Assembly: GCA_023334545.1 (NCBI GenBank)
Contig: JAADVB010000076.1
Location: 8,114-72,113 of the forward strand
DNA length: 64,000 bases
Source of the DNA: Salisapilia sapeloensis CBS 127946
Lineage: Eukaryota; Protista; Oomycota
Reading direction: 5' to 3'
Position numbers and translations under genes: made by a program. The first letter of the stretch is position 1; each line of letters starts with the position of its first letter. This document shows positions 1-10,788 of the stretch, piece by piece. The notes under the pieces are model-generated. The model was not told the DNA's origin. It was given only the letters and a program-made list of their open reading frames with translations, and searched no databases.

Positions 1-893
1 AGCAATCGATCCTCTCCTCCGTTCTTGGTGCCAAGGTTCTTTACACCCACATTGTGAAGACGAACCCATTCACGCGGATATCCTCTTTCGAGTATGGTGA
101 CGTATCCTATCTGCAGGTGCCCGCTTTTCGTGGCAGTCAGAGTCCGCTCAGCATTGCCAGCAGGGTTGCCAACAGCCGGAAACGTACAGAAACCTCTTCT
201 TAGAATGCCTAGTAGCGTTCGAAACTTGGACTGACCTGGCAAAGCCTTGGGATACTTTCATCTCGTCTGACCCGGGCTGGCCACAAATACTGATGCAAAC
301 GAACCTTGTACTGCAACCCCAATGGCTGGGCACCAAAAGTAATGTTACGATACTCTAGCGCCTTCAATGTCCTATTACGATGCGCCAATCCTGGCTCGCA
401 AGGAACGATACTAAACATTAAAATTGTCCAACGCCGCCCTCGTCAAGCCTGAGCCACGCCTCCTGGTTCACTCTCCTCACATACATACGACTATTCCTCA
501 CAACATCGCTCGGCGTGTACCTCGACGTCCGCTTCCTTACAGCTTTCCACCAACAACTAAAAAATCATCACGCTACACCATAGCACACATAACGGACGCT
601 GCACAAAATGAATTCCAATTAAATAGATCTAGAACAATTAATAGACACGTGATGAGCATACCTTGGTATTTTATCAACAATCGATTGTATGGTTAATACT
701 ATATCGTCTCAAAATAGAGACCATAAATACAGCACTACTATAGCGTATGAATTGTCATACGATAAGTAATTAAGAAATGAGGTGATAGTCGCGGGTTTCA
801 GCATTTAATTTAGCCTATGCAAATTAGGGAATTTTCTAATTTGCGGAGCTGTATATCAGCCACACATTTTCCGCAGGTCCAGCTCCAAATCTC

Positions 894-900
894 TCATTCT
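894..900 (+). promoter_or_regulatory. Putative oomycete-type initiator (Inr) upstream of cytochrome c
   Basis: TCATTCT matches the YCATTYY initiator consensus, 43 nt upstream of the ATG at 943. The motif is short and could occur by chance. Confidence 0.35.
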
Positions 901-942
901 TCTTTTATCGACAGAGAACGCAAGTACATCTACATCTGCGCA

Positions 943-1296
943 ATGACCGAATTCGAGGTAGCTGGACAGACGGGCGACAGTGCCAAGGGGGCAAAGATCT
1001 TCAAGACGAAGTGCTCGCAGTGCCACACCGTCAACCCTGGCGGACCCCACAAGCAGGGCCCGAACCTCAACGGTCTGATGAACCGTCAGTCTGGCCAGGC
1101 CGAGGGATACTCGTACTCGACGGCTAACAAGAACTCTGGTGTTATCTGGACCGACGAGACGCTCTTCGAGTACCTCCAGGCCCCGAAGAAGTACATCAAG
1201 GGCACCAAGATGGTGTTTGCCGGCCTTAAGAAGGCCAACGAGCGTCGTGACTTGATCGCCTACCTTATGGAGTCCACGGACCCGAACGCCGCCTAA
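943..1296 (+). CDS. CYC1: Cytochrome c (mitochondrial)
   Basis: [29 protein letters not shown] carries the CxxCH heme motif, followed by [12 protein letters not shown] and [18 protein letters not shown] at 943; the ORF track start at 817 is an upstream extension. Confidence 0.98.
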   Translation: MTEFEVAGQTGDSAKGAKIFKTKCSQCHTVNPGGPHKQGPNLNGLMNRQSGQAEGYSYSTANKNSGVIWTDETLFEYLQAPKKYIKGTKMVFAGLKKANERRDLIAYLMESTDPNAA

Positions 1297-1494
1297 GCTG
1301 TTAACTTGGATCAGTAAAGCGACTTTCCTACTGTAATTTTCTTTTAGCTTCTAGAGACTTTGCAAGCCGAATACAATCGTCTCAATCTTGACTAGAAAGC
1401 GTGTTCGTTTTGGTTCAGTTAACGGGTGAAGCGACAGCTGGGTTCTGTACCAGTGTCGTACCAAAGTATCTTTGAACTATCTGCCTCGTCGCAC

Positions 1495-3104
1495 TTAATC
1501 TTGCTTTGTCTTGGCTCGGCGCTTCTGCCGCCATCGCTTACCCTCTCGAACAAGGCCCACAATGAACGGCAGGAGAAGGGGTGCCAGCAACGGAGCGTAT
1601 ACGCCGAATATCTGTTCCTGGGGAAAGTAGAGCTGCCGGATCATCGTGTGGTCATAGTGCACGTATTGGGCGTATTGGTTTGCCTTGCGCACCGACCGCA
1701 GTCGCTCAAATGGAGTCAATTCTTGTGGGAAGAGTGCGCTTTCGAGTAAATCGACGGCAGTCTCCATCTTGAGCCGGACGTCCTCCAAGACACTCATCTC
1801 CGGCAAGGTGTCCACCAACTGGACGATGGACGTCAGCGTCTGAATACTGTCCGTCGCAAGGTGGTTCAGTTGGCGTTGGACGAGTACATCCAGCTCCCAG
1901 TCGGCCACACCATCTCTTGGCGATGGCAGAAACACATACTTGTCCTGCTCCGTTCGTTGACGAGTGGCAAACGACGGCAGGTACAGCAGTGTCCGTAGGT
2001 GGGTGAGGAAGAGTTGCATCAGTCGTCGCTCTTCCGTACTTTTCTCTCCCATCGTGAGCTTGTGGGGGTCGAGGATGACCACAGCGCCGTAGCCAGGGAT
2101 CTCAAACGCCCTCTTCTTATCGTTGCTTCCATCGTCAATGTAGAGAGGCGAGTGGGAGAGCGTCGGCAGAGCTGCTGTCAGGTGCAGCACCTGCTCTCTG
2201 TCCTCCGTCACGGATGCTGCCAAGTAGTCATTTGCGCTTTTGAACTGCATGCATGTAAAATAAGAGCCTGAGCATGTAAATTAAAACGAAGAAGACGTAC
2301 ATGTCGAAGAGTTTCGACCGACACGACGGACGCGTTTTCGATTGCAGGATGAGGTCGGATCGGATGACCGATGCCTGCATAGTACAAGGTCTCTGTCTCG
2401 TAGGAGAAGGACGCCACTGGCTCCATCTTGGACAAGAACGGGCTCAAGTATCTCTGGTGGAGTGTATCTAGGTCCCACTGCCACTCGACATCTACGTCTT
2501 CCTTTAGCAGAGTGAACTCTAGGCGGTAGTTGGAAGACAGTCCAGCTCGCCGTCCACTGGAGATTGCGTCCTCTTTCCCACTGTTCCAATGGGTTTGCAC
2601 TAGATCCTTCACAGTCGACTCGACCTCACTGCTACCTTCCACACCACCACACACCTCCTTTGCCCGGAAGGCATGACGGTACTTGCCCACAGTGGTCTGT
2701 GGCGGCATAAAAGGGAAATGCATGCCGCATAAGAGGACGAAAGAGAAGGCTGTGGATGGTGGCAGTATCGTATCCAGGACATCATCCAGCTCTTGTAGAT
2801 CCTTTGCTTCCTGCACTCGAGTTGCCTGCTCTGGTTCCAATGCAACAGAAACCAAATAGTAGTCTACACCCTTGTCCTTTGACCATATCCTTCTCTTCTC
2901 CTGCTCAGCTGCTCCGATCGTAATGACATTGATAGTGCGCTGTTCTCGCACCACGCCCCTTGCGTCTGCGTTTTCATGCAATCGATCAATGCGATCGATA
3001 GGTAGAGCCTGACGCTCCACCTGTGTGAATTGATATGCAAACGGTGCAATGCATAGTGCGTAGAGAACAAAGCACCCGACGATCTGGAGGCGCGTGCCGG
3101 CCAT
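1495..3104 (-). CDS. PIGS: GPI transamidase subunit PIG-S (2 exons: 3104-2301, 2244-1495)
   Basis: N-terminal TM followed by 'VERQALPIDRI', then 'YRLEFTLL...WDLDTLHQRYLSPFL' and 'AFEIPGYGAVVI'; C-terminal 'YDHTMIRQLYFPQEQIFGVYAPLLAPLLLP' precedes a TM. A 56-nt GT-AG intron (2245-2300) joins the two ORFs in frame. Confidence 0.88.
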
Positions 3105-3246
3105 CGTCCGGTCGGGTAGCTCGTTGCTCTTTTCTTGTTGGAGACAGCTCTTTCTGCGCATTTAGTGTCATGTAGCGCTTAAGTAGTTCTACCAGCAAGA
3201 AAGCCAGGAGCGCAAGGTACAAGGAGTTCTATTAAATCTTATGTGC

Positions 3247-3681
3247 CTAGTATTCTTCGTACTTGGACCCCTTCCGCATGCGCTTCCATTCTTTCTTCTG
3301 TTGCTTGTACATTTCCTTTTGCATCTGATGATTGCCGTAGTGGACGCCAGGATTCATCACGTAGTTTTGTGGAGAAGGATGACCACCGCTATGACCTGTT
3401 CCATAATCTGATCCAGAGTACATCGCAGGCGTCGATGACATGCTTGAGCCTCCATAAAGTGCCTGTGCGTACATCAGTCGTCCTTGCTGGGCATAGTACG
3501 CCTGCGAGTGCGCCGCTTGCTGCTGGGCGTTATAGGCATAGTTCGGAAGATACATGTGCTGAGGAGGGTACGCTCGGTTCGTCGGAAGAGGTGCCATCGG
3601 ATAGCCTGGCGAGTACCTGTTCGAGCTCATCGGCCGCGTATCGACTTGTTGTACTACGCCTTTCCGTCGAAATAGGTCCAT
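3247..3681 (-). CDS. Hypothetical Tyr/Gln/Pro/Gly-rich protein with basic C-terminus
   Basis: The ORF fills the gap between PIG-S and PEN-2 and has a coherent low-complexity composition. First ATG at 3681. No family recognised. Confidence 0.55.
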   Translation of the reverse strand: MDLFRRKGVVQQVDTRPMSSNRYSPGYPMAPLPTNRAYPPQHMYLPNYAYNAQQQAAHSQAYYAQQGRLMYAQALYGGSSMSSTPAMYSGSDYGTGHSGGHPSPQNYVMNPGVHYGNHQMQKEMYKQQKKEWKRMRKGSKYEEY

Positions 3682-3760
3682 TTGAGGGCTGTCCTGGAAA
3701 AAGCGCAATCTAACATGTTCGAAACCGGCTTGTGCCGAAAGAACCAGTTTCTAGCACGAG

Positions 3761-4212
3761 ATGGCGGACGACCCGAACACACCCGTCTTGGAAGAGCAGC
3801 GGACGTCGCGACAAGCCGCTAGCGAAGCTCCCCAAGAAAGCAACAACCGGGGTAACTTTACTCGGAACGTCAGCAAAGAAACGGATGAGCAGATCGCTCG
3901 CAAAATCTTCTTCGGAGGACTCGTCTTCCTCCCATGGCTTCATCTTGTCAACATCATTTACTTTCGCAAGCAATTCTTTGACGCCCAGATCGATGCGCCC
4001 GTCACAATGTGTACGTCCTCTAGCTCCAATCTTCTCCTGTAAAGCATGTAGTTACTCTCCCCATAGGGACGCGACGGAGCATGCTGAGCTTTTGCTTCTT
4101 CTCGGTGCTCTTCATCGCGTGGGTGCTCGTCGTGCAGCTCGGGTGGGAAGACTTGGGTCTCTCTAGCGTCATGATGAATATTCCACCAGAGAACCTAGAC
4201 AAGGGCTGGTAG
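3761..4212 (+). CDS. PEN2: Gamma-secretase subunit PEN-2 (2 exons: 3761-4010, 4067-4212)
   Basis: 'ARKIFFGGLVFLPWLHLVNIIYFRK' matches the PEN-2 [21 protein letters not shown] pattern. After a 56-nt intron (4011-4066) the frame reads WTRRSMLSFCFFSVLFIAWVLVVQLGW...KGW*. Confidence 0.85.
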
Positions 4213-4355
4213 TCTCCTGAATTAAATAAAGCGTGTTTCCATCTTTACTCTAGCTTGTGACCTACAGTCTTCCTACAGTAGTGGTAAAGAGGGCATTCTG
4301 TAGTTTATAGACCCAACGCTATTGCCGACAACAAAGCACGAGATCCTGGTACAGC

Positions 4356-5356
4356 ATGACCGCCCCCATTCTCTCCATCGACACGCAGCATGAGGACATG
4401 GTGCACGACGCCCAGCTGGACTACTATGGCAAGCGTCTAGCCACCTGCTCCTCCGACCGAACCATCAAGGTATACGACGTCTCGGGCGAAGTGCAGAACA
4501 ACGAACACGTGCTCACGGGCCATGAAGGACCTGTCTGGCAGGTCGTCTGGGCGCACCCCCAGTTCGGCTCCCTCCTGGCCTCCTGTTCCTACGATGGCAA
4601 GGTCATCATCTACAAGGAAACGGCTCTGAACCAGTGGACGCAAGCCTATGTCCACTCGTTCCACCAGGCCTCGGTCAATGCCATTCAGTGGTCTCCGCCA
4701 GAGTGCGGCCTAGCACTCGCTTGCGCCTCGGCTGATGGAAGCGTCTCCGTCCTGTCCTACACTCGTACGTTTCATCTATATCGTCTACAATGCAAAGTCT
4801 AACGTCCTACATAGCGTCTGGATGGTCCGTCTCGAGCTTCCAGGATAGTGGACTCGGATGCAACGCCGTCAGCTGGGCGCCGTACAACTCGCTCGGCTCC
4901 ACCTCCAACGTCGACGGGGAAATGGATCCATCGAATGTCCCTTGGCGCCTCATCACTGCCTCCTGTGACAAGACGCTCAAGATCTGGCGGATGAACCTCG
5001 GAGACACCGAGTGGACCAAGGAAGAGGAGCTGACCGCCGGCCCGGCCCACAGCGACTGGGTCCGGGACGTCGCATGGGCTCCGTTGGTCTCTCGCCACAA
5101 GAATGTCGTGGCGTCCGGGTCCGAGGACAAGCACGTGTACATCTGGACGCAGACGGAGGCACAGGGTCCGTGGAAGAAAGAGCTCTTGCATGCATTCGAA
5201 GCTCCGATCTGGCGCGTGAGCTGGAGCGTGTCGGGCCAGGTGCTCGCCGTGAGCACGGGAGACCACCAGGTGAGCCTGTGGAAGGAGACGCTGGATAAGA
5301 AGTGGATACAGATATCGTCTGTGGACGAAGCGGGGGCGCTCCACGGTTCCGAATAA
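4356..5356 (+). CDS. SEC13: SEC13 WD40 protein (COPII coat / nuclear pore / GATOR2); 2 exons
   Basis: '[28 protein letters not shown]', '[29 protein letters not shown]' and '[13 protein letters not shown]'. A 50-nt intron (4765-4814) restores the frame. Confidence 0.97.
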
Positions 5357-5395
5357 GCAAAGTTTACGTCTCAAATAATCCGTTCATTTCGTTTG

Positions 5396-6475
5396 CTACG
5401 TCTCGTAATTCCGTCGCCACCGACGGCGATACCGCTGCTCCATCACCTGCACGCACTTGTAGTGCATCTGGTTCTTATGGTTGTAGTACGACAGCGTCAT
5501 CTTCTTCTTCTCCGACTTGGCTTCCGCGTGCTTCCATGGTGTGTCCGTCGGATCCAGACGTTTGCTAACGATTGCCGTTTCTCTTCCTTCAACCATTTTC
5601 AAGTAGCCGGCAATCCAAACGTCGTCTACCGTGATGCAGCTCGACGGGATGCTCGCCAAAGCGTTCACGTCCGAAAAGAACCGACGTCGATACGCATTCC
5701 CGCAGCACGCCTGCAAGATGTCGACCACTCGTCCTTGGGGTCGCAAAAAATATGGAACGTACGCAGGAACGACACCGGCCGGGTGTCCAGGTAGCGGCAT
5801 CATCCCCCATCCGCAGACCCCAACGGCTACTTCAGGCTGATACACACTCTCCCATGCCAACGCTTCCACCAGCTGAGAAGGGTACTCAAAGTCATCGTCA
5901 ACGGTAATGATCAATGTGTCCGGATCGTCCTCCAGACGCAAGGCGCCAAGTAGTTTGGTAGCCGGTCCATCGTCGACGCATCGATTCACCTTGACCAGTG
6001 GCTCCACCTGACTCAGCTGCACGGGAATCTCGACGTCGTCGTACAACCTTTCCGGATGCCGCTTCATCCGGCCTCTCGGGACGTTCACATAGATCTGGTC
6101 AGGCACCAAGCTCTGATGCAAGAGAGAGGTGACGCTGTGCATGACAGTTGCCAATCGATCTGGCGTCGTCGTCAGACTGACGACTACTCGGAAATCTGGC
6201 CGCCATGCACTCCCGTCTTCAAGCGTAGGTGGATAGTCTGCAGCTCGCCGACCGTGGAAGGCTTTTGTAAAAATGAGCGTGAACAGCGGGGAGATAGTCC
6301 CGTAGCGCGCGAGCAGCTGGACATAGCCCCACGTGACGAGTGACAATGCTAGTGCCGACAGAATAGATAAGGCCGTGATCTTGCGCATCCAAGGGTACCT
6401 TCTGCGAGCTCTGTGACTAGGCAACACCGGTTGCCTCAAATATACGCTCCATTCCCTCCAAATCTTGCGGATCAT
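5396..6475 (-). CDS. Type II membrane glycosyltransferase-like protein (GT-A fold, GT2-related)
   Basis: N-terminal TM, 'VVVSLTTTPDRL', 'DDGPATKLLGAL', DxD-like 'ITVDDDFEYP' and 'DDVWIAGYL'. Donor and acceptor unknown. Confidence 0.7.
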   Translation of the reverse strand: MIRKIWREWSVYLRQPVLPSHRARRRYPWMRKITALSILSALALSLVTWGYVQLLARYGTISPLFTLIFTKAFHGRRAADYPPTLEDGSAWRPDFRVVVSLTTTPDRLATVMHSVTSLLHQSLVPDQIYVNVPRGRMKRHPERLYDDVEIPVQLSQVEPLVKVNRCVDDGPATKLLGALRLEDDPDTLIITVDDDFEYPSQLVEALAWESVYQPEVAVGVCGWGMMPLPGHPAGVVPAYVPYFLRPQGRVVDILQACCGNAYRRRFFSDVNALASIPSSCITVDDVWIAGYLKMVEGRETAIVSKRLDPTDTPWKHAEAKSEKKKMTLSYYNHKNQMHYKCVQVMEQRYRRRWRRNYET

Positions 6476-6617
6476 CTTGTGTATGAGCTTTATTGTCCCG
6501 CAGTCTAGTTATACTACAGCTAAATCGGGACAGCGTCGGGGCGGCGGATAGCGACAAGTATAGTTGGACACCGAGTCCTTCTGGTGAGAACTTCCGAACA
6601 AAATCCGTCAGTAGGTC

Positions 6618-7340
6618 ATGAACTTGTTCGGTCGGAAGAAGGCGGCGGCCGAGAAAGCGTCGCCTGCGGCTACTGCGAACACCATTCGGAAGCTACGGAC
6701 CCAACTGGACCAGCTAGAGAAAAGGGAGGCGCACCTTGAAACGAAGGTGAATGCACAGCTTTTGGAAGCGAAGAAGCTATCTCAGGCCAAAGATAAACGC
6801 GGTGCGTTATTCGCATTGAAGCGAAAGAAAATGTTCGAGTCCCAGATCGAAAAGATCCAAGGCTCTCGCATGACGCTAGAAACACAGGTCATGACGCTCG
6901 AGAGCGCGCACGTGAACATGGAGACGTTCAACGCGATGCGAGCTGGCGCAGACCAGATGAAGTCCATCCACGGCCAAATGGACGTCGATACGGTCGATAA
7001 CATCATGGACGACATTCAGGAGGACATGGCGACAGCTGATGAGATCGCCAACGCCATCTCGCAGCCCATCGGGACGCAGCTCTTTGACGATGACGAATTG
7101 CTACAAGAGCTGGACGAAATGGAGGAGCTTGATCTCGAGGACAAGGCGATGGAAACGCCGTCCGAAAAGGTGGAAGCTCCCCCTGCACCCGTCCCCGCCG
7201 CAGCCGCAGCTGCAAACCCGCCAAAGGAAGAGGAAAAGGAAACGAAAAAAGAGGTGCAGCTGCCAGAGGTTCCGACACACAAAGTGGAAGAGGACGAGCT
7301 GGCGGACCTGCGGAAACTTCACGAGTCCATGGCACTCTAA
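6618..7340 (+). CDS. SNF7: ESCRT-III subunit Snf7/Vps32 (CHMP4)
   Basis: 'MNLFGRKK...LEKREAHLE', 'ALFALKRKKMFESQIEKIQGSRMTLETQ', 'EIANAISQPIG' and 'FDDDELLQELDE'. Confidence 0.96.
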   Translation: MNLFGRKKAAAEKASPAATANTIRKLRTQLDQLEKREAHLETKVNAQLLEAKKLSQAKDKRGALFALKRKKMFESQIEKIQGSRMTLETQVMTLESAHVNMETFNAMRAGADQMKSIHGQMDVDTVDNIMDDIQEDMATADEIANAISQPIGTQLFDDDELLQELDEMEELDLEDKAMETPSEKVEAPPAPVPAAAAAANPPKEEEKETKKEVQLPEVPTHKVEEDELADLRKLHESMAL

Positions 7341-7415
7341 ATTTACAAACAAGATTTCCGTCTACAATATGTAATGGGTGCACGTTTCCTCTGGAAAAAG
7401 ATTCTTGTTCTAGAC

Positions 7416-8393
7416 TTATCTCTTGACCCACTGGAACTTCTTCCGGGCCTTGGGCTGACCTGGCTTCTTCCGCTCCACCATACGCGGGTCTCGTCGCAGA
7501 AGCTTCTGCTTCTTCAAGGCAGACCGGAGCTCCGGGTCAAAGTGCTGCAGCGCCCGAGATAGACCGTGGCGGACGGCGCCGGCCTGGCCGGTCAGTCCGC
7601 CGCCCTTGACGGTGCAGTAGACATCGAACGCGCCGACCTTGTCCACCACGACGAACGGCTTGAGCACGTCTTCCTTGTGCGTTTCCCGGACAAAGTACTC
7701 GGTCAGGTCCTTCTTGTTGATCTTGATGCGGCCTCCGAAAGGTTCGCTCGCAGGCTTGATCCAGACTCGAGCAGTCGACGTCTTTCGGCGACCAGTGCCG
7801 TACGCTCGGCCCTTCTCGTCCACCTGCCTGTAGCGCGGCGGGTTCATTTTGGCTTCTGCCAATGCGCGTCTGGCCTCTCGTTCCAGTCGTCGACGCTCGT
7901 CCAGAACGTGGCTCTTGAGACGGATGGCGTTCACCCACTTGGGCACACCTTCTGGCGTCATCTCATCGAGATCGCCTTCAAAGCCCATCCACGACTCTTC
8001 GCTGAGCTTGCCCATCTTCGCTTCATCCCAGTAGGGCGTGATGTCGACCTCGTCATCCACATCCTCCGACGCATCGAACTGCTCACCTTGGTCCTGCTGC
8101 GCTTCGACCATCTGACGGCGCTCCTGGGCCTGCAAGAACAAATTTTTGCTGGTGTCGAATCCCTGCGGCTCTTCCGGCACCTCATCCTCGTCGTCCGAGT
8201 TGCCACCACTCGGGCCACCACTCGGGCCACCAAACGTATCCCCACGCTTCTTGGCAAAGTGACGGATCGCAGTCACCTGGGTGGGTGCAACTGGGCTTCC
8301 GATAGAGAGCGATTGCATGACATTGCTTAACTGCGTCGTGCGAGGCGCTGCGGACGCCAATACGCGACGGGAAGCCGCGACCAGCACCTTCAT
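7416..8393 (-). CDS. MRPS9: Mitochondrial ribosomal protein uS9m
   Basis: C-terminal uS9 domain 'AYGTGRRKTSTARVWI...VKGGGLTGQAGAVRHGLSRAL...RDPRMVERKKPGQPKARKKFQWVKR'. The N-terminus resembles a basic, Ala/Ser-rich presequence from the ATG at 8393. Confidence 0.95.
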   Translation of the reverse strand: MKVLVAASRRVLASAAPRTTQLSNVMQSLSIGSPVAPTQVTAIRHFAKKRGDTFGGPSGGPSGGNSDDEDEVPEEPQGFDTSKNLFLQAQERRQMVEAQQDQGEQFDASEDVDDEVDITPYWDEAKMGKLSEESWMGFEGDLDEMTPEGVPKWVNAIRLKSHVLDERRRLEREARRALAEAKMNPPRYRQVDEKGRAYGTGRRKTSTARVWIKPASEPFGGRIKINKKDLTEYFVRETHKEDVLKPFVVVDKVGAFDVYCTVKGGGLTGQAGAVRHGLSRALQHFDPELRSALKKQKLLRRDPRMVERKKPGQPKARKKFQWVKR

Positions 8394-8699
8394 ACTTTGG
8401 TCCGAGTCAAATGACCACCACAAAACCTTTTCCGTACCTTATTGAATTTAGATCACGTGTCCTATAAATGTTGCATCCTATTTTCTGTTTAATACGTACT
8501 ATAAAGTAAGACGCTTCAGCTTCAAAGTCGGAGAACGAGGCTTCCGTCAGAGCTACTTTGGACGCAAAGAGCACACGAAGAGCATTGAGACATGGAGGAA
8601 AAGAGTCCACAGGGGCAGAAAGAAAAAAGTCCACTACGCCGAGCTCAATGCATGCTTTTCCATTTAAAAGTTGTATGCAATCGTATATAAACGTTTCTC

Positions 8700-9162
8700 A
8701 TGTCAATAGACATCAAAGTTGCCGACCTCGAACCAGAGTCCAAGGGCCACAACCTAGTGGTGCAAGTGGTGTCCGTACTTCCGAAAGCACATACGGATCA
8801 GTTCAATCGTGGAATTGATCGTGTAGAAGTTGTGCTAGCTGACGACACTGGCTGCATCACACTGAACGCTCGTCAAGGTACTTGCCCTGCACTGTCTATC
8901 TAGTGTATTCATTCTTACAGTCAAAAATAATGCAGAGCAAGCCGAGTTGCTTGAGCCAAATCACCCGGTTGTCATCCGCAACGTCCGCGTGGATATCTTC
9001 CACGGCTATATGCGTCTGCGTGTTGACGAATTTGGCAAGATTACCACATACCCCGATGACGTAGAGTCGACGCCGTCGCCCCCGACCACTATAAACACGA
9101 CCAACGATATGTCGTCCGTCGAGTATGAGCTTCGTGCTGTTGATGACGAAGACGACAAGTAG
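8700..9162 (+). CDS. Small OB-fold nucleic-acid-binding protein (2 exons: 8700-8877, 8936-9162)
   Basis: 'IKVADLEPESKGHNLVVQVVS...EVVLADDTGCITLNAR' joins via a 58-nt intron to 'EQAELLEPNHPVVIRNVRVDIFHGYMRLRVDEFGKI', the pattern of single-OB SSB-like proteins. Confidence 0.8.
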
Positions 9163-9376
9163 GTTTTTAATCCGGAAACATGGCGTAGCTTTCTTCGTTC
9201 CACTTCATCTTTCCCTTCAAGGTCTACTTCCGTCCTGAAATAGTGTGAACCACCTTACATTCGGACTGTGCCCCGCGCACTTGAACAAAGTATGTTAGCC
9301 TTCACCAGCCAACCGTTCGGCCTGTCAAGACTTCCGGAGGCACTTATATTCGAAAAAGACTCGAAAGCTTTCAACC

Positions 9377-9983
9377 ATGGGTGTGCGTACCAAGACCGTC
9401 AAGGGCAGTGCCGTCAAGATCATCGAGAAGTACTACGCTCGTCTCACTCTCGACTTCGACACGAACAAGCGTGTGTGCGATGAAGTCGCCATCATCCCGT
9501 CCAAGCGTCTCCGAAACAAGATCGCTGGCTACATCACGCACTTGATGAAGCGCATCCAGAACGGACCTGTCCGTGGCATCTCCCTGAAGCTGCAGGAGGA
9601 GGAGCGTGAGCGCCGCATGGACTTCGTCCCGGAGAAGTCGGCCATTGACACGGAGAACATTGAGATTGACAACGACACCAAGGACATGCTTGCCCACCTC
9701 GACCTCAAGCTCGACGGCGTCCACGTCCCGCAGGTATGATTTATTACACTATCCTAAGCCAATGCCGGAACCGATAGATGGCTCTTTTTAAAAGAATCGG
9801 TGAACCCATGGCTATCATGACTATTCCACTTCGAAGGTGGATAGAAATGAAAGTTATATGTGTCACTACTGTCACTTGTGAAAATAAAGTGCTATCACGG
9901 CAATGGCGTTGGCTCCTTTTAAAAATAGGAGGCTAACTGTATTATTTATTCAGCCTAAGGCTCGCGGCGACCACCGTAACTAA
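9377..9983 (+). CDS. RPS17: 40S ribosomal protein eS17 (2 exons: 9377-9733, 9954-9983)
   Basis: 'MGVRTKTVK...[38 protein letters not shown]...[18 protein letters not shown]'. Donor GTATGA at 9734, branch GCTAAC at 9932-9937 and acceptor TTATTCAG ending at 9953 add a terminal PKARGDHRN*. The last exon is inferred. Confidence 0.96.
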
Positions 9984-10057
9984 GCTGTGTCACACCCTGC
10001 ACCTTGTACTAGCGGGATGAAATAAAAGTCGAAAGCTTTCGCCTCGAATTTCGTGTG

Positions 10058-10788
10058 TTAAAATTCTGTGCTTTGGGTCATGATGGCGAAGAACTCATTC
10101 GTGCTAATCTGTCCGTCGTCGTCCTGGTCAAACTCGTCGATCATGGCCTGCAAGTCTTCGTCGTCCAGGTGCTCTCCAAGCTCCTTGGCCACTCTTCTCA
10201 TTTTCTATAATTTTTTTGTTAGATACGCTTTGTGTTAACAGGTCGTATTCGTACGCGAAGGTTGATCTTGCCACTCCCGTCGTCATCAAACAGTTCAAAC
10301 GCCTTTGATACATGTCTTGCAAATCGATGAAATGGATATTCGTATCATCGTTATAGCATACCTTTTGGATCTCCTCTTCTGGGTCCCGAGCAACAACCTT
10401 CCGCCGCACTAGCAACATGAGAATTAGGCTTTCTCACTCAAAACTACCGCTTGCAAGCTACGAACTGATTTCCATGTAATCACTGAACTCGATTCGGCCG
10501 TTGCGATGGACATCTACAGCTTCTACTAGCTCCACCACTTCTTTTTTACTTACGTGGAATCCCAACGCTCTCATGAGTACCTGCATGCAAACAATTATAA
10601 GTGTTTAAAAGACAGCAAGTAGAAACAGGAACCTTCAGCTCGTGGTAATCGATAGATCCTTTCTTGTCGACATCAAACAGATCGAAAGCTTCTTTTAATT
10701 CTTTCTTCTGCTCCTCGTGCAATTCTTGCCTGGACCGTCTCCTACGAGCATGCAAAGGGTCTTTTAGTCCGTGGGACCGCCGATCCAT
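10058..10788 (-). CDS. CETN3: Centrin-3/Cdc31-like EF-hand protein (5 exons)
   Basis: Spliced product: '[28 protein letters not shown]|VLMRALGF...DYMEI|[16 protein letters not shown]|[16 protein letters not shown]|[34 protein letters not shown]'. Introns are 10581-10632, 10409-10465, 10303-10361 and 10205-10254. IDYHELKV is typical of centrin-3. Confidence 0.9.

Noticed and set aside
400-412. GGAACGATAC resembling part of U6 snRNA
   Set aside because: Only about 10 nt match; the diagnostic ACAGAGAAGATTAGC and the flanking U6 sequence are absent.
1-530. Possible 5' part of a minus-strand multi-exon gene running off the window edge (ORFs 209-418 and 148-336, plus an open frame to base 1)
   Set aside because: The fragments look protein-like, but I could not build a consistent splice model or recognise a family.
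817-942. N-terminal extension of cytochrome c in the ORF track
   Set aside because: The conserved protein starts at ATG 943, and an Inr-like motif at 894-900 lies inside the extension.
1495-7340. Apparent functional cluster of endomembrane genes (PIG-S, PEN-2, SEC13, GT, SNF7)
   Set aside because: They belong to different pathways and have mixed orientation; such neighbours are expected by chance in a dense housekeeping block.
8205-8234. 12-nt tandem repeat CCACCACTCGGG x2.5
   Set aside because: It simply encodes a GGPSGGPSG linker in uS9m.
7566-8330. Long antisense or alternate-frame ORFs (e.g. 7566-8330, 15673-16488, 27900-28736, 4799-5374, 47574-48083)
   Set aside because: They are shadows of real genes with high GC at third codon positions, which removes stops on the opposite strand; no motifs of their own.
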